Source of the DNA: Eledone cirrhosa
Taxonomy: Eukaryota
Length of the DNA stretch: 64,000 bases
Direction of reading: 5' to 3'
Assembly: GCA_964016885.1 (NCBI GenBank)
Contig: OZ024743.1
Span: forward strand, 365,738,001 to 365,802,000
The notes beneath the pieces are model-generated. The model was given only the letters and a program-made list of their open reading frames with translations. It was not told the DNA's origin and searched no databases. Shown here in pieces: positions 43,644 through 60,349 of the stretch. The position numbers were made by a program, and so were the translations under genes. Each line of letters begins with the position of its first letter. Within the stretch, counting starts at the first letter, position 1.

Positions 43644-44424
43644 TAACTATAATAAAGGAAGGTCTGCCGGACTGTGTACGGTTTATTATTGTTTATCCCG
43701 TTAGTAAAATAAGTTGGATTACTTTGAATAAATAATTGGTTCTACTTTAGGCACAAGGCCAGCAATTACCCAGTGCATTACTGGTACTTTATTTTATCGA
43801 CCCCGTAAGGATGAAAGGCAAAGTTAACCTCGACGGGATTTGAACTCAGACCGTAAAAGGACGTAACTATGCTGGAAAGCATGGCATCCAACCCTCTACC
43901 GATACTGCCAATCCACCGCCCTTTGAATAAATAATGAATTAATATCACATAATTTATTTACTCAATTTTGTAAAGAAAAATAATTTCGTAAAAATAAATA
44001 ATTTAAAATTGACTTCTTTTCAAAGTTGCACTTCCGGTATATCGTCGCCACCACAACCACTTCAACTACCATATATATAGAAAGAGAGAGCGTGTGATGT
44101 CAACACTTCCATTGGCGATCGCTTAAAGAAACATACTAATTTTCTTCTAATGCAGTTTATATATAATATCGTCTTTTTTTAATGCATCATGGATTACGTT
44201 ACTGATTACATAAGACAGTGTAACGCAGTCTTCGTTCTATTTCTGTGTATATTGTCAATTACGATTTTATTTGATGTATCATATCTACATGTATATATAC
44301 TTGCGTATAATATCAATATACACACTACACATGCTAGCAGAAAACCACCCGAAGGATGGTTTTTCTGCTAGTATAGTTAATGATTGAAACAAAACAAAAC
44401 ACAAAAAGCAAAATTATAGTTATA

Positions 44425-45235
44425 TTAGGTCCCCGTTGAGAGGAAGTGAAAGAGATTTCAACGTTTGGGACAGAAGTCCTTCTTCAGGAAAGTTTGGATA
44501 AGGGGAGAACAGATAGACGTATGAGTAGTGTGGGAAGGTTACGGAAGGAATTTAAGAAATAAAAGAGGGTTGGGAGGAGAAGGAATGGCAGGGGGTGGAA
44601 GTCCAGTCTGGGGTGGAGGGCATGGTCGAGGGTACGAGGGGTGGTTATGTGTGTGCGTGTGTGCGTGTGTGTCTGTGTCGAAGGGAAGAAAATGGTAGAG
44701 GTACGTGGCTCCTATGTGTGGGTGGCCCCAGAGTTTTGTAAAGTTGAAGTGTGCACAATAAGGCCACAGACGGAAAAGTTGCGGGTGGAGTGTTTAGTGG
44801 AGCGGAAGAGTCGGGCGACCGGTAACCGGCTTCCGAGGCGGATGTGCCGGAAGTGCTCGACGAACCAGCCCGCCAGTCGCCGTCGTGTCTGTTCGATGTA
44901 GGCAGCTCTACATAGTGTACAGTGGAGTGTGTAGACAAGACTGGAGGTTGTGCAGCGGAAGAAGTCCGGACACGGAAGGATTGGTCGTTGGGCCTCGGAA
45001 GGTAGTGGTGGTGAAGTGAGGGCAAGTGTGGCAGCAGGTATGGGCGCAGGGGTGGGATTCGGGAGAGGAATTTGGAGGAGTAAGGGAGCTACGTATGAGG
45101 AGATTCCGCGGTCTGCGTGCGCGCTTGACGGAGGGGAGGGGTGGCAGTGGGAAGATGATGGATGTGGAGGGGTCTGACTGGAGGCGGCGGAAGAGCCGCA
45201 GGATCGTCCGCTGGAGTGGCAAGGTGGCGGGGTGG
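44425..45235 (-). mobile_element. 5'-truncated PLE (Neptune-like) linker and GIY-YIG remnant, with mutated minimal HHR at 44456-44491
   Basis: YHP..FPLPPL..RNLLIRSSL..PC..CHTC..FRCTTSSLVYTLHCTLCRAAYIEQT..EH..PVARLF. HHR TTTC-CTGAAGA-aGGACttctGTCC-CAAA-CG-TT-GAAA (G12 to C). A more decayed relative lies at ~11544-11580. Confidence 0.85.
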
Positions 45236-45335
45236 TATATATATATATACCTTTTCCTATCACCCACTCTACTACCCTAAGTATTGAGTACTCTGGTGCG
45301 TCATGGTCCATCTGGTTCCTTACCACAATTCCCTC

Positions 45336-45445
<110 letters not shown>

Positions 45446-45447
45446 TA

Positions 45448-46437
45448 TGATAATAATGGAGCTGCGGCGCTGCAAATGGGTTACATATGAAAAAGTTTGT
45501 CCTCATCAGTGGCCTTCCAACCGTCGTAGGCATTTCGTCGCATTAAAGGCCATATACCTCAGGTTGGTGCGAGCAACGGCTAAAAAAAGTCGTTGGGACA
45601 CGTAAATAAAGGGGACGCTAGGGTAAACAAACAAAATGGTTTAAGCAACAGAAAGTGATGAAGAAGAAAGAAACAAGTCCCAGATTTCTATGAATATAAA
45701 TTCGGTGGAATCGTGAACGAGAGAATAAAGACCATCAAACCTGGTTGAAATGTGAGCAAGGAAGGAATTTCGCACAGGTCTAACGGGAGGAAGAAGGGGT
45801 CTGGTCTGCGAATTCGGTAAACATAAGTTCTGTGAAGTCGCAGACGAGAGAGAGAGAAAAAAATTCATACCGGCTTGGCTAAGTACCCGCGAGAAAAGGA
45901 TTACGGACAGGTCAAACGGGAAGAAAGGGGAGGAGGAGAGGTAGTGACAGAGAGTGAGTGAGTGAAAGGTGAGGAAGAGCCTAACAGAGAGAGAGAGACT
46001 GCTAGAAAGGGTAAAGACACAAAGAACGAAACAGACTGGTGGCAGCGGAAGCCGGTATGAATTTTTTTTCTCTCTCTCTCGTCTGCGACTTCACAGAACT
46101 TATGTTTACCGAATTCGCAGACCAGACCCCTTCTTCCTCCCGTTAGACCTGTGCGAAATTCCTTCCTTGCTCACATTTCAACCAGGTTTGATGGTCTTTA
46201 TTCTCTCGCTCACGATTCCACCGAATTTATATTCATAGAAATCTGGGACTTGTTTCTTTCTTCTTCATCACTTTCTGTTGCTTAAACCATTTTGTTTGTT
46301 TACCCTAGCGTCCCCTTTATTTACGTGTCCCAACGACTTTTTTTAGCCGTTGCTCGCACCAACCTGAGGTATATGGTCTTTAATGCGACGAAATGCCTAC
46401 GACGGTTGGAAGGCCACTGATGAGGACAAACTTTTTC

Positions 46438-46441
<4 letters not shown>
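45448..46441. mobile_element. Family A copy 2 as a fold-back: arms 45485-45876 / 46049-46441, flanked by (TA)n
   Basis: Reverse-complement arms, near-identical to 8134-8710. Confidence 0.92.
46359..46424 (+). ncRNA. Candidate non-circularly permuted hammerhead (also 8181-8246-, 45502-45567-, 11738-11803-, 12265-12330-)
   Basis: AGGTA-TA-TGGTCTT..C-GAAA-TGCCT..AAGGCCA-CTGATGA-G. All core strands are present but in the order UH, GAAA, CUGAUGA; stems covary between families A and B. Confidence 0.55.
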
Positions 46442-46478
<37 letters not shown>

Positions 46479-46631
46479 CATATATACATATATAGGTTAT
46501 ATTTTTATCAAACGAAATAATATTCTTGTTGTAAGTGTATGTAATTTATGTAATTTAATAAATGGATTATTTATTATATATATATACATATATTTATATA
46601 CATATATATACATATATATATATATATATAC

Positions 46632-46744
<113 letters not shown>

Positions 46745-47519
46745 GTGTGAGTGTATGTGTGTGTGTGTGTATGTCTGTATGTGTGTGTGTGTATGTACAT
46801 ATATGCGTATTTGTATCAGCAGGTATGAGTGAGTGTTTATGAGTACACATGCAATCTTCATAAACAGTTGGAATAAAGAGGAAGGCATATGAAGACTAGT
46901 ATCATTACCCCTACTTTATTTGTCGTTATCCAGTAGTTAGTCTGATTTAAAACCCGTTTAAAACTTATGAGAATCAATGTTATTCACTTTTAGTTTGTAT
47001 CGTATTCGTTGTTCTTTCAAAGTGTTACAACTAAACTTTCAACGAAGTCATCGTATTTCAACTGCTTTCACTCTATATTCATTCCAGACATACCATTGAA
47101 TGGGGATACCTACTGTCAATTGACTGTGCTATTAATGGACCAGTGTGCTTTCCTACATCACAATACACCAGCCAAACAATTTATTTAACGATATATTTAT
47201 TTTATAAAAATGAACAGAAGGGAGCCATATACTACTCCCGGCAGAATATGAATATGGTAAAAACAAAATTTTAATATGTATGTGTTAAATGAGGGTATGC
47301 GTAAATAAACGGTTTTACTGGATGTACATTCTAAAGGATATTATAAGTTCTGATTCAAACCCCTTCTATATAAAATTTGCCTTACATCGTTCTGCAGTCG
47401 ATAAATAAATACGGTTTTAGATAGGATAACTTGTGATGTCTTTAGAGCCTAAGATGGAATGGCTAGTGGTATTTGTTTCGACTTGTTACGTTCTAAATTC
47501 AAATCCTGCCGTGCTGTAC

Positions 47520-47650
47520 TTGTCTGAAGTTTGTTTTGAGCCAGATGCTTATCCCGGTTTCTGTGGCGTTAAGCGACACGACGCCCCCCTAAACAGGACG
47601 CCAGTCCATCGCAGGGTTAAACCTCCAGCTGTTGCTGGTACACATTTTAT
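47520..47650 (+). repeat. Fragment of an older SINE/LINE-tail-like dispersed repeat (similar piece ~33010-33085)
   Basis: CCAGTCCATCGCAGGGTTAAACCTCCAGC..GCTGGTAC..TTTTAT resembles 33030-33085. Confidence 0.4.
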
Positions 47651-49964
47651 GGTTTATTCTTTTCGAAGTGAAATTTGGTTACTGGAGGGACGAGAGTTTG
47701 TATATATTTGTGTGGATACTGTTTGTGTAAATTTATTTCAGCCAGTGTAAATAAATACTTTGTATATAAGAGCAACGTAAAATGAAGTGTTTTGCTCAAG
47801 AACAGCACACAAGCCAGTCCAGGAAGTGAACCCACGATCTTATGATCGTAAGTCCAACACACCACTAAGCTACGCACCTTCTCACACAACCTAATCCAGG
47901 AATCGAACCCACAACGTTAAGTGGTTTACTTCTGCCGTAGTCATAATCTGTTATCCAGTCTGACAAATGCATTGCGGTATTTTTTCCGGCTGTTTACATT
48001 TTAATTTCAAATCCCTCCGAGGTCAATTTTGCCTTTCATTCTCCCGAAGTTGTTAACTATAGTCACAGTCAAGTAGTAGGGTCAATTTAATCGACTTTCC
48101 TCTCCTTCCAAATGGTGTGCCTAAATTAGCATCAATTATTTTAATCACACTTAACTGATTATTTTTAACTACACCTTTCACCTGTCTAGACTGTCGTTTT
48201 TCATCATACTCTTTTCCTTCCTGATACTTTAAGTTACAAATACCAATATTGAATATATTCCGGAAATAAGACAGCTGTTGCCTGTTATTAATGGATATAT
48301 GATACAATCATCCGCTGCTGAGAAGCTAAAAACATCAAGTGTGTCTTCCGTCACATGCATACCAATAAACATGAGGTAAATTTTAAAATATTCTGAAAAT
48401 AAAAAGATAGGTATTTATAATTGCAATACAAATACATATACTTCAAAGGTCATAGGCTCTGTTCTTTCTTCTAATCTGATGAGCTCAATGATGATGATGA
48501 TGATTATAATAATAATAATAATAATAATGGTTTCTTATATAGGCACAAGGCCAGTAATTTGGGGGAGGGGGAAGTCGATTAAATCAACCCCAGTGCGTGA
48601 CTGGTACTTTATTTTATCGACCCCGTAAGGATGAAAGGCAAAGTTAACAACGGCGGGATTTGAACTCAGATCATAAAGGGCCGTAACTCTATGCTGCAAA
48701 GCATGGTGTCCGACTCTACCGATACTGCCAATCCACCGCTGATAATAATAATAATTGTTTCTACTTTTGGCACAAGGCCAGCAATTATCCAGTGCATTAT
48801 TGGTACTTTATTTTATCGACCCCGTAAGGATGAAAGGCAAAATTAACCTCGGCGAGATTTGAACTCAGAACGTAAAGGGCCGTAACTCTAAGCTGCGAAG
48901 CATGTTGTCCTACGCTCTACCGATACTGCCAATTCATCTTTATTAACTACAAAAAGGTTTACAAAAAAATACATTGAGGATAGCAGAGGACGGTACAGGA
49001 CAGTACAAATATGGGTTTCTGCATGTATAAAAGCAAAACAAAAGCAAAGTATGTAACAAAAGATCGAAACAAAGGAAAATTCTCCAATAGCAGGGAGACT
49101 TCCGAGGGTAACTCGTGGAGAAAGCCTACAAAAATCCACGGGAACATATCTGAATAAAAATAGCAGAGGAACGTTGAAACGTTAGAACAGAAAAAATAAA
49201 ACAAACAAAAAAACAGAATATATAACATATTGCAGTATACTCGTGTAATTATAGTCACCTACCAGGGCATCAGAAAGTAGAATAACGCTTAGTTGAAAGC
49301 AGAGATGAGCCTTAAAACAGAAGAATGGAAGAGGGCGAAAGATACATGCAAGTGAAACCCGAAGTGGCGAACTAGTAGACCACTTTCCCTACAGGTGGAA
49401 GTAAAATAAAAAAAAGGCGTAAAATAAGGAAAGTTGTAAGAGTGTTGTAAGTTGATAATAACTTTAACAGAACTTGATTATAATGGAAGAAAAGAAACTG
49501 CCTAGCTCTATCTAAAGGTTGTTTTTTTTCAAAAATAGTATATAACTAAAAACCACAATTCGGACTTCTCTGTAGTTTCAACGCCTAAGACAATATATTG
49601 CATGTATGTTTTGACAGTAAAATGTGGCTGTGATATCTAGCGGATCATGCGACCACTCACCAATTCTTGTAAAACTGGAAAATATGTCTCGCTAAAGATA
49701 TAATTGTTTTATAAGTTTCGCTCTCAAAACCTTTACTACTTATTTCACTATTTCTTTGGAAAGGTCTTAAAATGAGGGGTACATTGCATGTAATAATAAG
49801 ACGAAAATGTTAAAAGCGAAAGTAATTAATACAAATTATATATGGTGTCAAGTTTATATAAAATTACTATTACAGTATTAAGTGTATTATGGATCATAAA
49901 TGCATAATATTTATAAAACTGGGTTACATCTCCAAGTCGTCCCATTTCATACAATATGCAATCA

Positions 49965-50042
49965 ATCTTGAAATCCGAAAAACATCCGAAAGCCGAAACG
50001 TTCCTAGTTCCATGCATTCCAGATAGAGGTTTATCATTTGTA
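49965..50042 (+). mobile_element. Possible Tigger/pogo-like MITE right end
   Basis: AAATCCGAAA..TCCGAAA..CCGAAAC subrepeats, then GCATTCCAGATAGAGGTTTATCATTTG|TA resembling a Tigger-type TIR plus TA target site. Confidence 0.45.
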
Positions 50043-50691
50043 TATGATATTTTTCATCAGTTTTTGTAAGTCGTACTAAACCATTTGATGTGGAAGTGAA
50101 CAATATGCTATTTTTTCAATTGTCACATGAAGCTGAAGAAATCTCGCATTCCACGTTCTTGGGGATGGTTCTTTGATTGTGCTAACGGTGTTTAAATACT
50201 TCGAATAAGCCAAATAATTCTGTAAAATTAAATTTATCAACATACATTTAGAATTTAAATGTGATGCATGGGGAAGGGTATTATAAACCAAGAAACATGA
50301 ATAAATATGTGACGAAACCATGAATCCATCAGGTCCTAGGGAGAGTAATGACGGTGTCGACTTTATACAGTGTATCTTACACAAATCAACCCGGCGAAGT
50401 CTATCGCACTTCGTAATATACCCACATCACATGTCTATATAAAATATTACTAATATTTAACCTATCACACAAAGGATTTTCGTGGTGATACTAAACTATA
50501 ACCAAATTTGAAAGCATTAAAATAATATAACTACTGCCTGTAGAAGGATTTCCCTGTGGTGAGGACAGGACAAGAAATCTGTTCTCTGATTTTTTTCGGT
50601 ACATTATCCACTGCATATGCAGATATAAACTACTTACTCAGAATTTTATTCAATTAAAGACGAAATTCTAAATACATGAAGAAATGTAGAA

Positions 50692-50773
<82 letters not shown>

Positions 50774-51450
50774 TACAAACATGCAATTACATAAGCACAG
50801 TTATAAGCACAGTTATTTATATATATATATATATATATACAATATATAAACACACACACATACACATACAAACATTTCCTTTGAATTATAGATTATTTTA
50901 TCTTTCGTTTATACAATTTGCAAAGGGAATGAAAAAGAGTTAAAGTTAAGTGCAATGTTTATACGATTTAACTGCTGCATTAGCAGACAAGCCGGATCTC
51001 ATTTTATCTTTTCGTTCAAAACTATTTCTCCTTATCTTAGTTTTCAACCCGTAAAGATAAAATATATGCTGAAACATTAAAGACAAGGTATATTTATATC
51101 ATTTTATTTTGAAACACTCACAAAACAAAAAAAAATCAAATAGAAAAAAATATGCGTAATACGGCTTCAATCCGGTTTCGCGGCACTTTGAGGAAATGTA
51201 GCGTCGAGTTGACCAATACCATGTGAGGGAAATTTCGTAGATAGAAACTGTACGGAAAATATCATGTCTATATTAAATTGGTAAATTAAGATAACATGCC
51301 GCGAGAAAAAGGAATAGGTGCCAAAGTATTGAGCAAAAAAAAAATCTTGCCAAATTAAATAAAGAAATTAATAAGTTTTAGAAGAAAAAGAAATTATCTC
51401 CCATTTTATATGAATGAGCATGAATTGGAAATGGTGGAACGTATATATGC

Positions 51451-51563
<113 letters not shown>

Positions 51564-52954
51564 TCGTTTTCAAATATAAACACTGGAAATAAGTAAGCGT
51601 AGGCGAAGTTAAAACACCTCAAAATACGCCAATTTATTATAATAAACTGTACATACAAATTTCCTTAAAAATTTTTTCAAACAAGCATATTAAAAATATT
51701 TACACGTGGAGCAAATTACTCATTAAAGTATTACTAAATATAATTCCAATTGATTTACAATTGTTTCATCCCTTGTTGGGACTTATAAAAATCAATCATT
51801 TTCTGAACAAATACCTCATATATAGATATATATTATATAATTATCAAGGAGACTCAGTGTGACAATGCTGGCCCTTTCAATCAGAGGCACAATTTCCCCG
51901 ATGTCATTCACAACTTTGTCCAGGTTAACTTATATATATAAAAAACTTATATATAAAAAACTTATATATATAAAAGAAAACCCTCATTTTCTTATATATA
52001 TATATTTCTTATATATATATAACTTCTCTGTTTTTTAGCCTAAGAAAATATATATATGCCTATGTATATAATTACATGCATACATTTATTTTTTTAAATT
52101 AATTGAGTTCTTTACACGAGGAATTGATATTAGTTTTGAAATAACTAATTAACCCGCGTGTGTTTTATATTTTACTCTTAATTCGGCCGGAGATTTACAT
52201 TCCCATTTGCCCTTTAAAGCATAACTTTCCGTATTTACTACGGTTACGAGATGCGGTTTCTTATTCAGGTACAACCTCTGATTTTAGCCTAAGAAAATAT
52301 CTATATGCGTGTGTAATTTATACACGCATATATTTATTTTTTTTATTTCAATTGAGTTCTTAACACGTTGGATTGATAATGTTTTCGAAAAAACTGATTA
52401 ACCCGCGTGTATATTATTTTTTTTTCCTCCTTTCGTGGATCGTAGTTGTCTCCCCTTCCCGCTTAGTGACGCTATAATACTTCCTCAGTCAAAAACTGCT
52501 GGAATTTCAAATTTGCCGGTCATTCGATGCGGGAAGGAGCAACTTAACAGACACGATTTTTAACTGTGGTAAGAAATGTTTTTCTTATATCAAAGTTTAA
52601 TGGGCTTCCACTGATGATTTATAAGCGCCCACCTAAATATATTCTTACATGAATGTATATTAGGCTTCTGCATAAACTGGAAATATTCTCCGAATTTGTA
52701 GAAAACTTATAATGAAACAATTGTTTGGAATGAGAGATATATTTTAACTTTAATTATATCTCATAAAATAATACAACTGGCTTTTCCACATAATACATAT
52801 TGTTAGCACCCCAAACACTTAAATTGGGTTTATATTAAAATATAACCTAATGTTTGTTAAGTGAGATGGTTACCAGTCAGAGATTAGCTTTAAACTATTA
52901 TTGTATTAATATTTATATTAATATTTATATATATATATATATATATTGTATTAA

Positions 52955-52990
<36 letters not shown>

Positions 52991-53045
52991 AAAATGAGGG
53001 GGGGGGGTTATGAAAAAAAAAAACAGATGTCTTACACGAGTGAAA

Positions 53046-53287
53046 GGAAAAAAGATGTATTCGAAAATGCAACTGGAGTCTTTTTAAGAATATTTGTTTC
53101 CTTTACCGGTTTCACAGTTCTTATTATTTTCAAAAGTAGAATTGAGATGGAGGGTTTGTGCGAGAAAAACTGCAAACCCTCCATCTCAATTCTACTTTTG
53201 AAAAGCATAAGAACTGTGAAACCGGTAAAGGAAACAAATAAATATTCTTAAAAAGACTCCAGTTGCATTTTCGATTTCATCTTTTTT

Positions 53288-53289
<2 letters not shown>
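53046..53289. repeat. Fold-back element (~113-bp arms) with U3:A8 HHRs at 53195-53230(+) and 53101-53136(-); solo homolog at ~59992-60135
   Basis: CTT-TTGAAAA-GCAtaagaacTGT-GAAA-CCGG-TA-AAG, then AATAAA. Confidence 0.88.
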
Positions 53290-53353
<64 letters not shown>

Positions 53354-53923
53354 GCTATTTTTGACAAGGGCCATGAGTAGACACAATATCCTAGACCTTA
53401 TCAAATCGGACCGAGGAAGCATGTTTCCTTTGGTCTTTCCAATTGTAAACGGTAGGTCGCAAATCCAGGGAGATGGGGCAACGTCAAATAAAATGTCTTG
53501 CTCAAGGACATAACGGTTCGGGAATCGAACTCCCAACCTCATGGTTGAGAATCCAAGTCTAACCACTCGGCCACGCGCCTTCACATAATATAAATATTAG
53601 AAAAAAGCGAGGAAGTTTCGTTTACAGGTATATGATGTTTATTGTGTATCGACCGATAGATAGTATTAGCAATTGGAAAGACCAATGGAAACATTGTTTC
53701 CTCGGTCCTATTTGACAAAGGTCGATCGACTGTCGATATATCTGTGTGTGTGTGTGTGTGTAATAGCTATGCAAGTAAGGATTTGTTACATATTCGAATT
53801 TGTAACACAATAAAACATTCCATGAGGTCATTTTGAATAGCCATAGATCTCGTATGAAGTAAAATATTTCAGAACACTATGCATACACTGTCCCTTGTAC
53901 CCGCCGGCACAACATACATACAA

Positions 53924-53964
<41 letters not shown>

Positions 53965-54182
53965 GTAATTCATAGAGTGAGAATTTATATTACACTCATT
54001 TTTCTCGCTTTTTCTTATTCATTTATGTCTTTTTCTTTTGTAAATAATAAACATTTGTTTATAATCTATCAACAGAATCTTACATAAATATTACATTTTT
54101 TGGCAAATCATATGAAATAATGAACATGTGTGTGAGTGTGTGTGAGTGTGTGTGTGTCTGTGAGTGTGTGTATGGGGGAGTT

Positions 54183-54255
<73 letters not shown>

Positions 54256-54377
54256 GAAAGAAGGGGGAAAAATAATATTGTGTTAGTAAACATTACTTTC
54301 TTTAAATTTTTATTTCTAAGAATTTATACATATAAACTTATGCATTCTTCAGATGTAAATTCCTCTCTCTATCATCG

Positions 54378-54469
<92 letters not shown>

Positions 54470-54514
54470 ATATATATGTGTATATATGTGTGTAAATATG
54501 TGTATATATATGTG

Positions 54515-54579
<65 letters not shown>

Positions 54580-54604
54580 ATATATATATATATATGTATA
54601 TATA

Positions 54605-54636
<32 letters not shown>

Positions 54637-54737
54637 CACATATATATATATGCGCACATATATATATATGCACACACATATATATATATGCACACACACA
54701 TATATATATATACATATATATATATATACATATATAC

Positions 54738-54810
<73 letters not shown>

Positions 54811-55187
54811 AATATATATATATGTATCGCCTCCCCTACTACACTCTTCCTCTGTGATTTTGATCACAGATATTATATAATGAAACACAGTCTATCAGCA
54901 TGAGTATTTATAATAGTGTATGTGTCAGAATAATTGAGTGCTTTTGTGTGTAGTTGGTGATGTGATGGAAGCAACGACTTAAATATTTGTACGTGTAGAC
55001 ATCTATGTGGACATTTTAGGGGAGTATGTTTATGTATATGCCTCCATGTATGTGTATGTGTGATAGGGAAATAGTTGCATTCTCACACGCATGTACGCAC
55101 ACCTACATATGTATGTATGTATTTATGTATGTGGCTGTATATATGTGTGTATGTATGTATGTATTTATGGCTGAGTGTATGCTATGC

Positions 55188-55227
<40 letters not shown>

Positions 55228-55423
55228 GCATAGCATACACTCAAACATAAATACATACATACATACACACATACATATATACATATATATACACCCGCGT
55301 ACATACATACATTCATAGATACATACAATCATACATACATACACACATATATAAACGAAGAATCTTGTGTATCTGGAAGTTTTATTATTGTTTTGTTATC
55401 TCTCTCTCTCTCTCTCTCTCTCT

Positions 55424-55630
<207 letters not shown>

Positions 55631-55759
55631 ATATATATATTAGCAAGTATAATTGGAAAACTGTAGCGTTGAATAATGTTTTAAATCAAATTGATAATGC
55701 AACGAAATAATAGTAAGAGAACACAAATAGTTTCCAATCATCTGCCATCCTTTCTGCGT

Positions 55760-57280
55760 TCCAACATCCATTACATATTCCAAGGTACCTTGTGTGCGCT
55801 CAGCCATATAGCGTGGATTACCTGTGAAGCCAGATGGCAGAGTTCTGGCTGACCAACACAGGAAGGATTCATTCCATATATCAAGTGGATGTATTGCTCT
55901 GCTGTAAGTTTAGTTTGGTTGTTTTTAATGAATGCCAACTGTTCAGCTTCAATCGTGGCATAAACATTAATTGGCGTGTTAGTGTTCCCATTTTTAGGAT
56001 ATGGTTAAAGCAATCTCTTACCATGAAATGGAATGCATAAAAGTATTTGCAACTGACCAATTTATTAGTTTCTTTGGGTGTACTTGGGTTTATTTGTCTT
56101 AAGGCAAAATTTTATCCCTCCTGACCTCTCAAAAAATCAAAGGATACTGAAGTGCATTGTGTGCTCTGTGTGTCTCTGCAATTCTTCATAAATGACCAGA
56201 TCTCTCCTGTACAATAATGTATCTGGATCCATACTGTTTGTTGACCATCAGTACAGCTACTTCATCTTACGGTAGTTTGTTTTAATGCTTTTTGTGTACT
56301 TTTCCTGGGTTTTTTATCAGGTCTAATAGTAAATGTATACACGAGGTTTGCATGTGCTTTTTTCTAAGGCAAATTTGAATACTCTTTTGCCATAATGGTT
56401 TTCATGAAGCAGATTTTGCAGACTGCTAATAACTTGTAGCTGAAGACCACCGGAAATATTGCTGCATCGCTGAGTAGCTTCTTCTTCATTGTTGTCCAAA
56501 AAGTAAACTTGAATGAATTTTGGATCCTCATTAGGATGGGGGAGTAAACTGCTGATTAAATGGTAGCATTGGCCTTGGATTTTAAATGTTGTGAAATAAC
56601 TATAGTCAGTATGATCTTTTTCAGCTCAAAGGACATCACCTGAAATGCAGCATTATACCACATAATATTGCTCCTGAAGAGCTTTGTTGGTATGGTCTGT
56701 AAGCAGTATACAGATAACAGGCGGAGGGTTCTCTATCAGTGGAAGTCTGACCTTTCTTCCTAATCAACACATGCCAAGTGTTTCACCTTTCCATTTTCTC
56801 ACTCCACAACTACTGCATATAATATCCATGCCACCAATCATAACTTTAGGATCATTTCTACAATTCGTGGATGGATCGTATGAAAACGCAGCTCTTAGCC
56901 CAGCTTATTCTGAAAACTCCTTTGTGCTTGACAAATCTGCATCACATCTCTTATTGCCACTAGGTGATTTTCATATTGAACCTCCATTTGTTGTGATCAT
57001 CTTTCTTCTTGCTTTAATCTTTCAGTTTCCCGTCTCAGGTTCTGCTCACTTTCAGAAAGTTGTGATCATCTTTCTTGTTGTCTTAATCTTGTTGTTTTCC
57101 ATCTCATATCCTGTTGAATGCCAGTGTTGAGATGGTCATTCTTGTTGCCTGGCCCTTTTACTCTCAAGTCTTTTTGCTTATTGTTCTTGATTTTCTGTTT
57201 CACTTGAAGATTTCATTTGTTTGGTGGACCAAGTAGCCCTTCATATATATGAGCAGTGGTCTGATGACATGTTGAAATAA
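55760..57280 (-). pseudogene. Helitron Rep/helicase N-terminal region, decayed
   Basis: Hand translation: FRSNIMWYNAAFQVMSF, FKIQGQCYHLISSLLPHPNEDPKFIQVYF, IAETHRAHNALQYPLIF, FIKNNQTKLTAEQY, PRYMAERTQ. These are canonical Helitron_like_N motifs, with many stops. Confidence 0.88.
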
Positions 57281-57553
57281 ATGGTCTTCGAAAATATCGT
57301 GAAAAAACTCAATAGAAAGAAATATAAAAATACAGATAATGCAAATAGCAGTTGATCTTATATGGCAGTCCTAGATAGGTTGACACTGTCGGAATATTAG
57401 ATCAGTAACAACATAAAACAATATCCCCCAAAAGCTTTATTAATATATGCCGTACATTAATTTCAAATAACATCAATCGTATCATGAGAGATTGTCAGTT
57501 TACCTTTTTGTGTGATGTACAAAGACACCAACCACCAAAAAACTCTCTTTCAT

Positions 57554-57586
<33 letters not shown>

Positions 57587-57589
57587 GCG

Positions 57590-59998
<2,409 letters not shown>

Positions 59999-60027
59999 AA
60001 AACCACAGACCCTCCATCTCAACTCTA

Positions 60028-60063
60028 CTTTTGAAAAGCAGAAGAACTGCGAAACCGGTAAAG
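60028..60063 (+). ncRNA. Minimal type I hammerhead, U3:A8 variant
   Basis: CTT-TTGAAAA-GCAGaagaaCTGC-GAAA-CCGG-TA-AAG. Confidence 0.78.
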
Positions 60064-60129
60064 GAACCAAATAAATATATATATATATATATTTTTAAAT
60101 AAGACTCCAGTTTCATTTTCGATTTCATC

Positions 60130-60164
<35 letters not shown>

Positions 60165-60311
60165 GTTAAAATACTGGAGTGTGTTGGAGTTAAACACCCT
60201 CTTCGTATTATAGAAATGACAGTAAAAGGTATAGCTCAATGTAGTTAAACAGAGCCGAAAAATTAAGAGAGTAAAACAAAAAAGCCTTCAATACATCAAA
60301 AGTCTTTATTA

Positions 60312-60349
60312 GCCGACAATGTTTCGTCCTATTAAGGACTCATCAGGGC
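60312..60349 (-). ncRNA. Canonical minimal type I hammerhead in the 3' end of the intact PLE
   Basis: Minus strand GCC-CTGATGA-GTCCTtaatAGGAC-GAAA-CATTG-TC-GGC, then AATAAA. Confidence 0.93.

Noticed and set aside
56684-57130. 148-aa membrane-protein-like ORF
   Set aside because: Antisense shadow of the Helitron remnant on the minus strand.
57256-57292. CTGATGA-CATGTT-GAAA motif
   Set aside because: No stem I or stem III pairing; treated as chance. The same applies to CTGATGA at ~25735, ~48476, ~52611 and ~42531(-).
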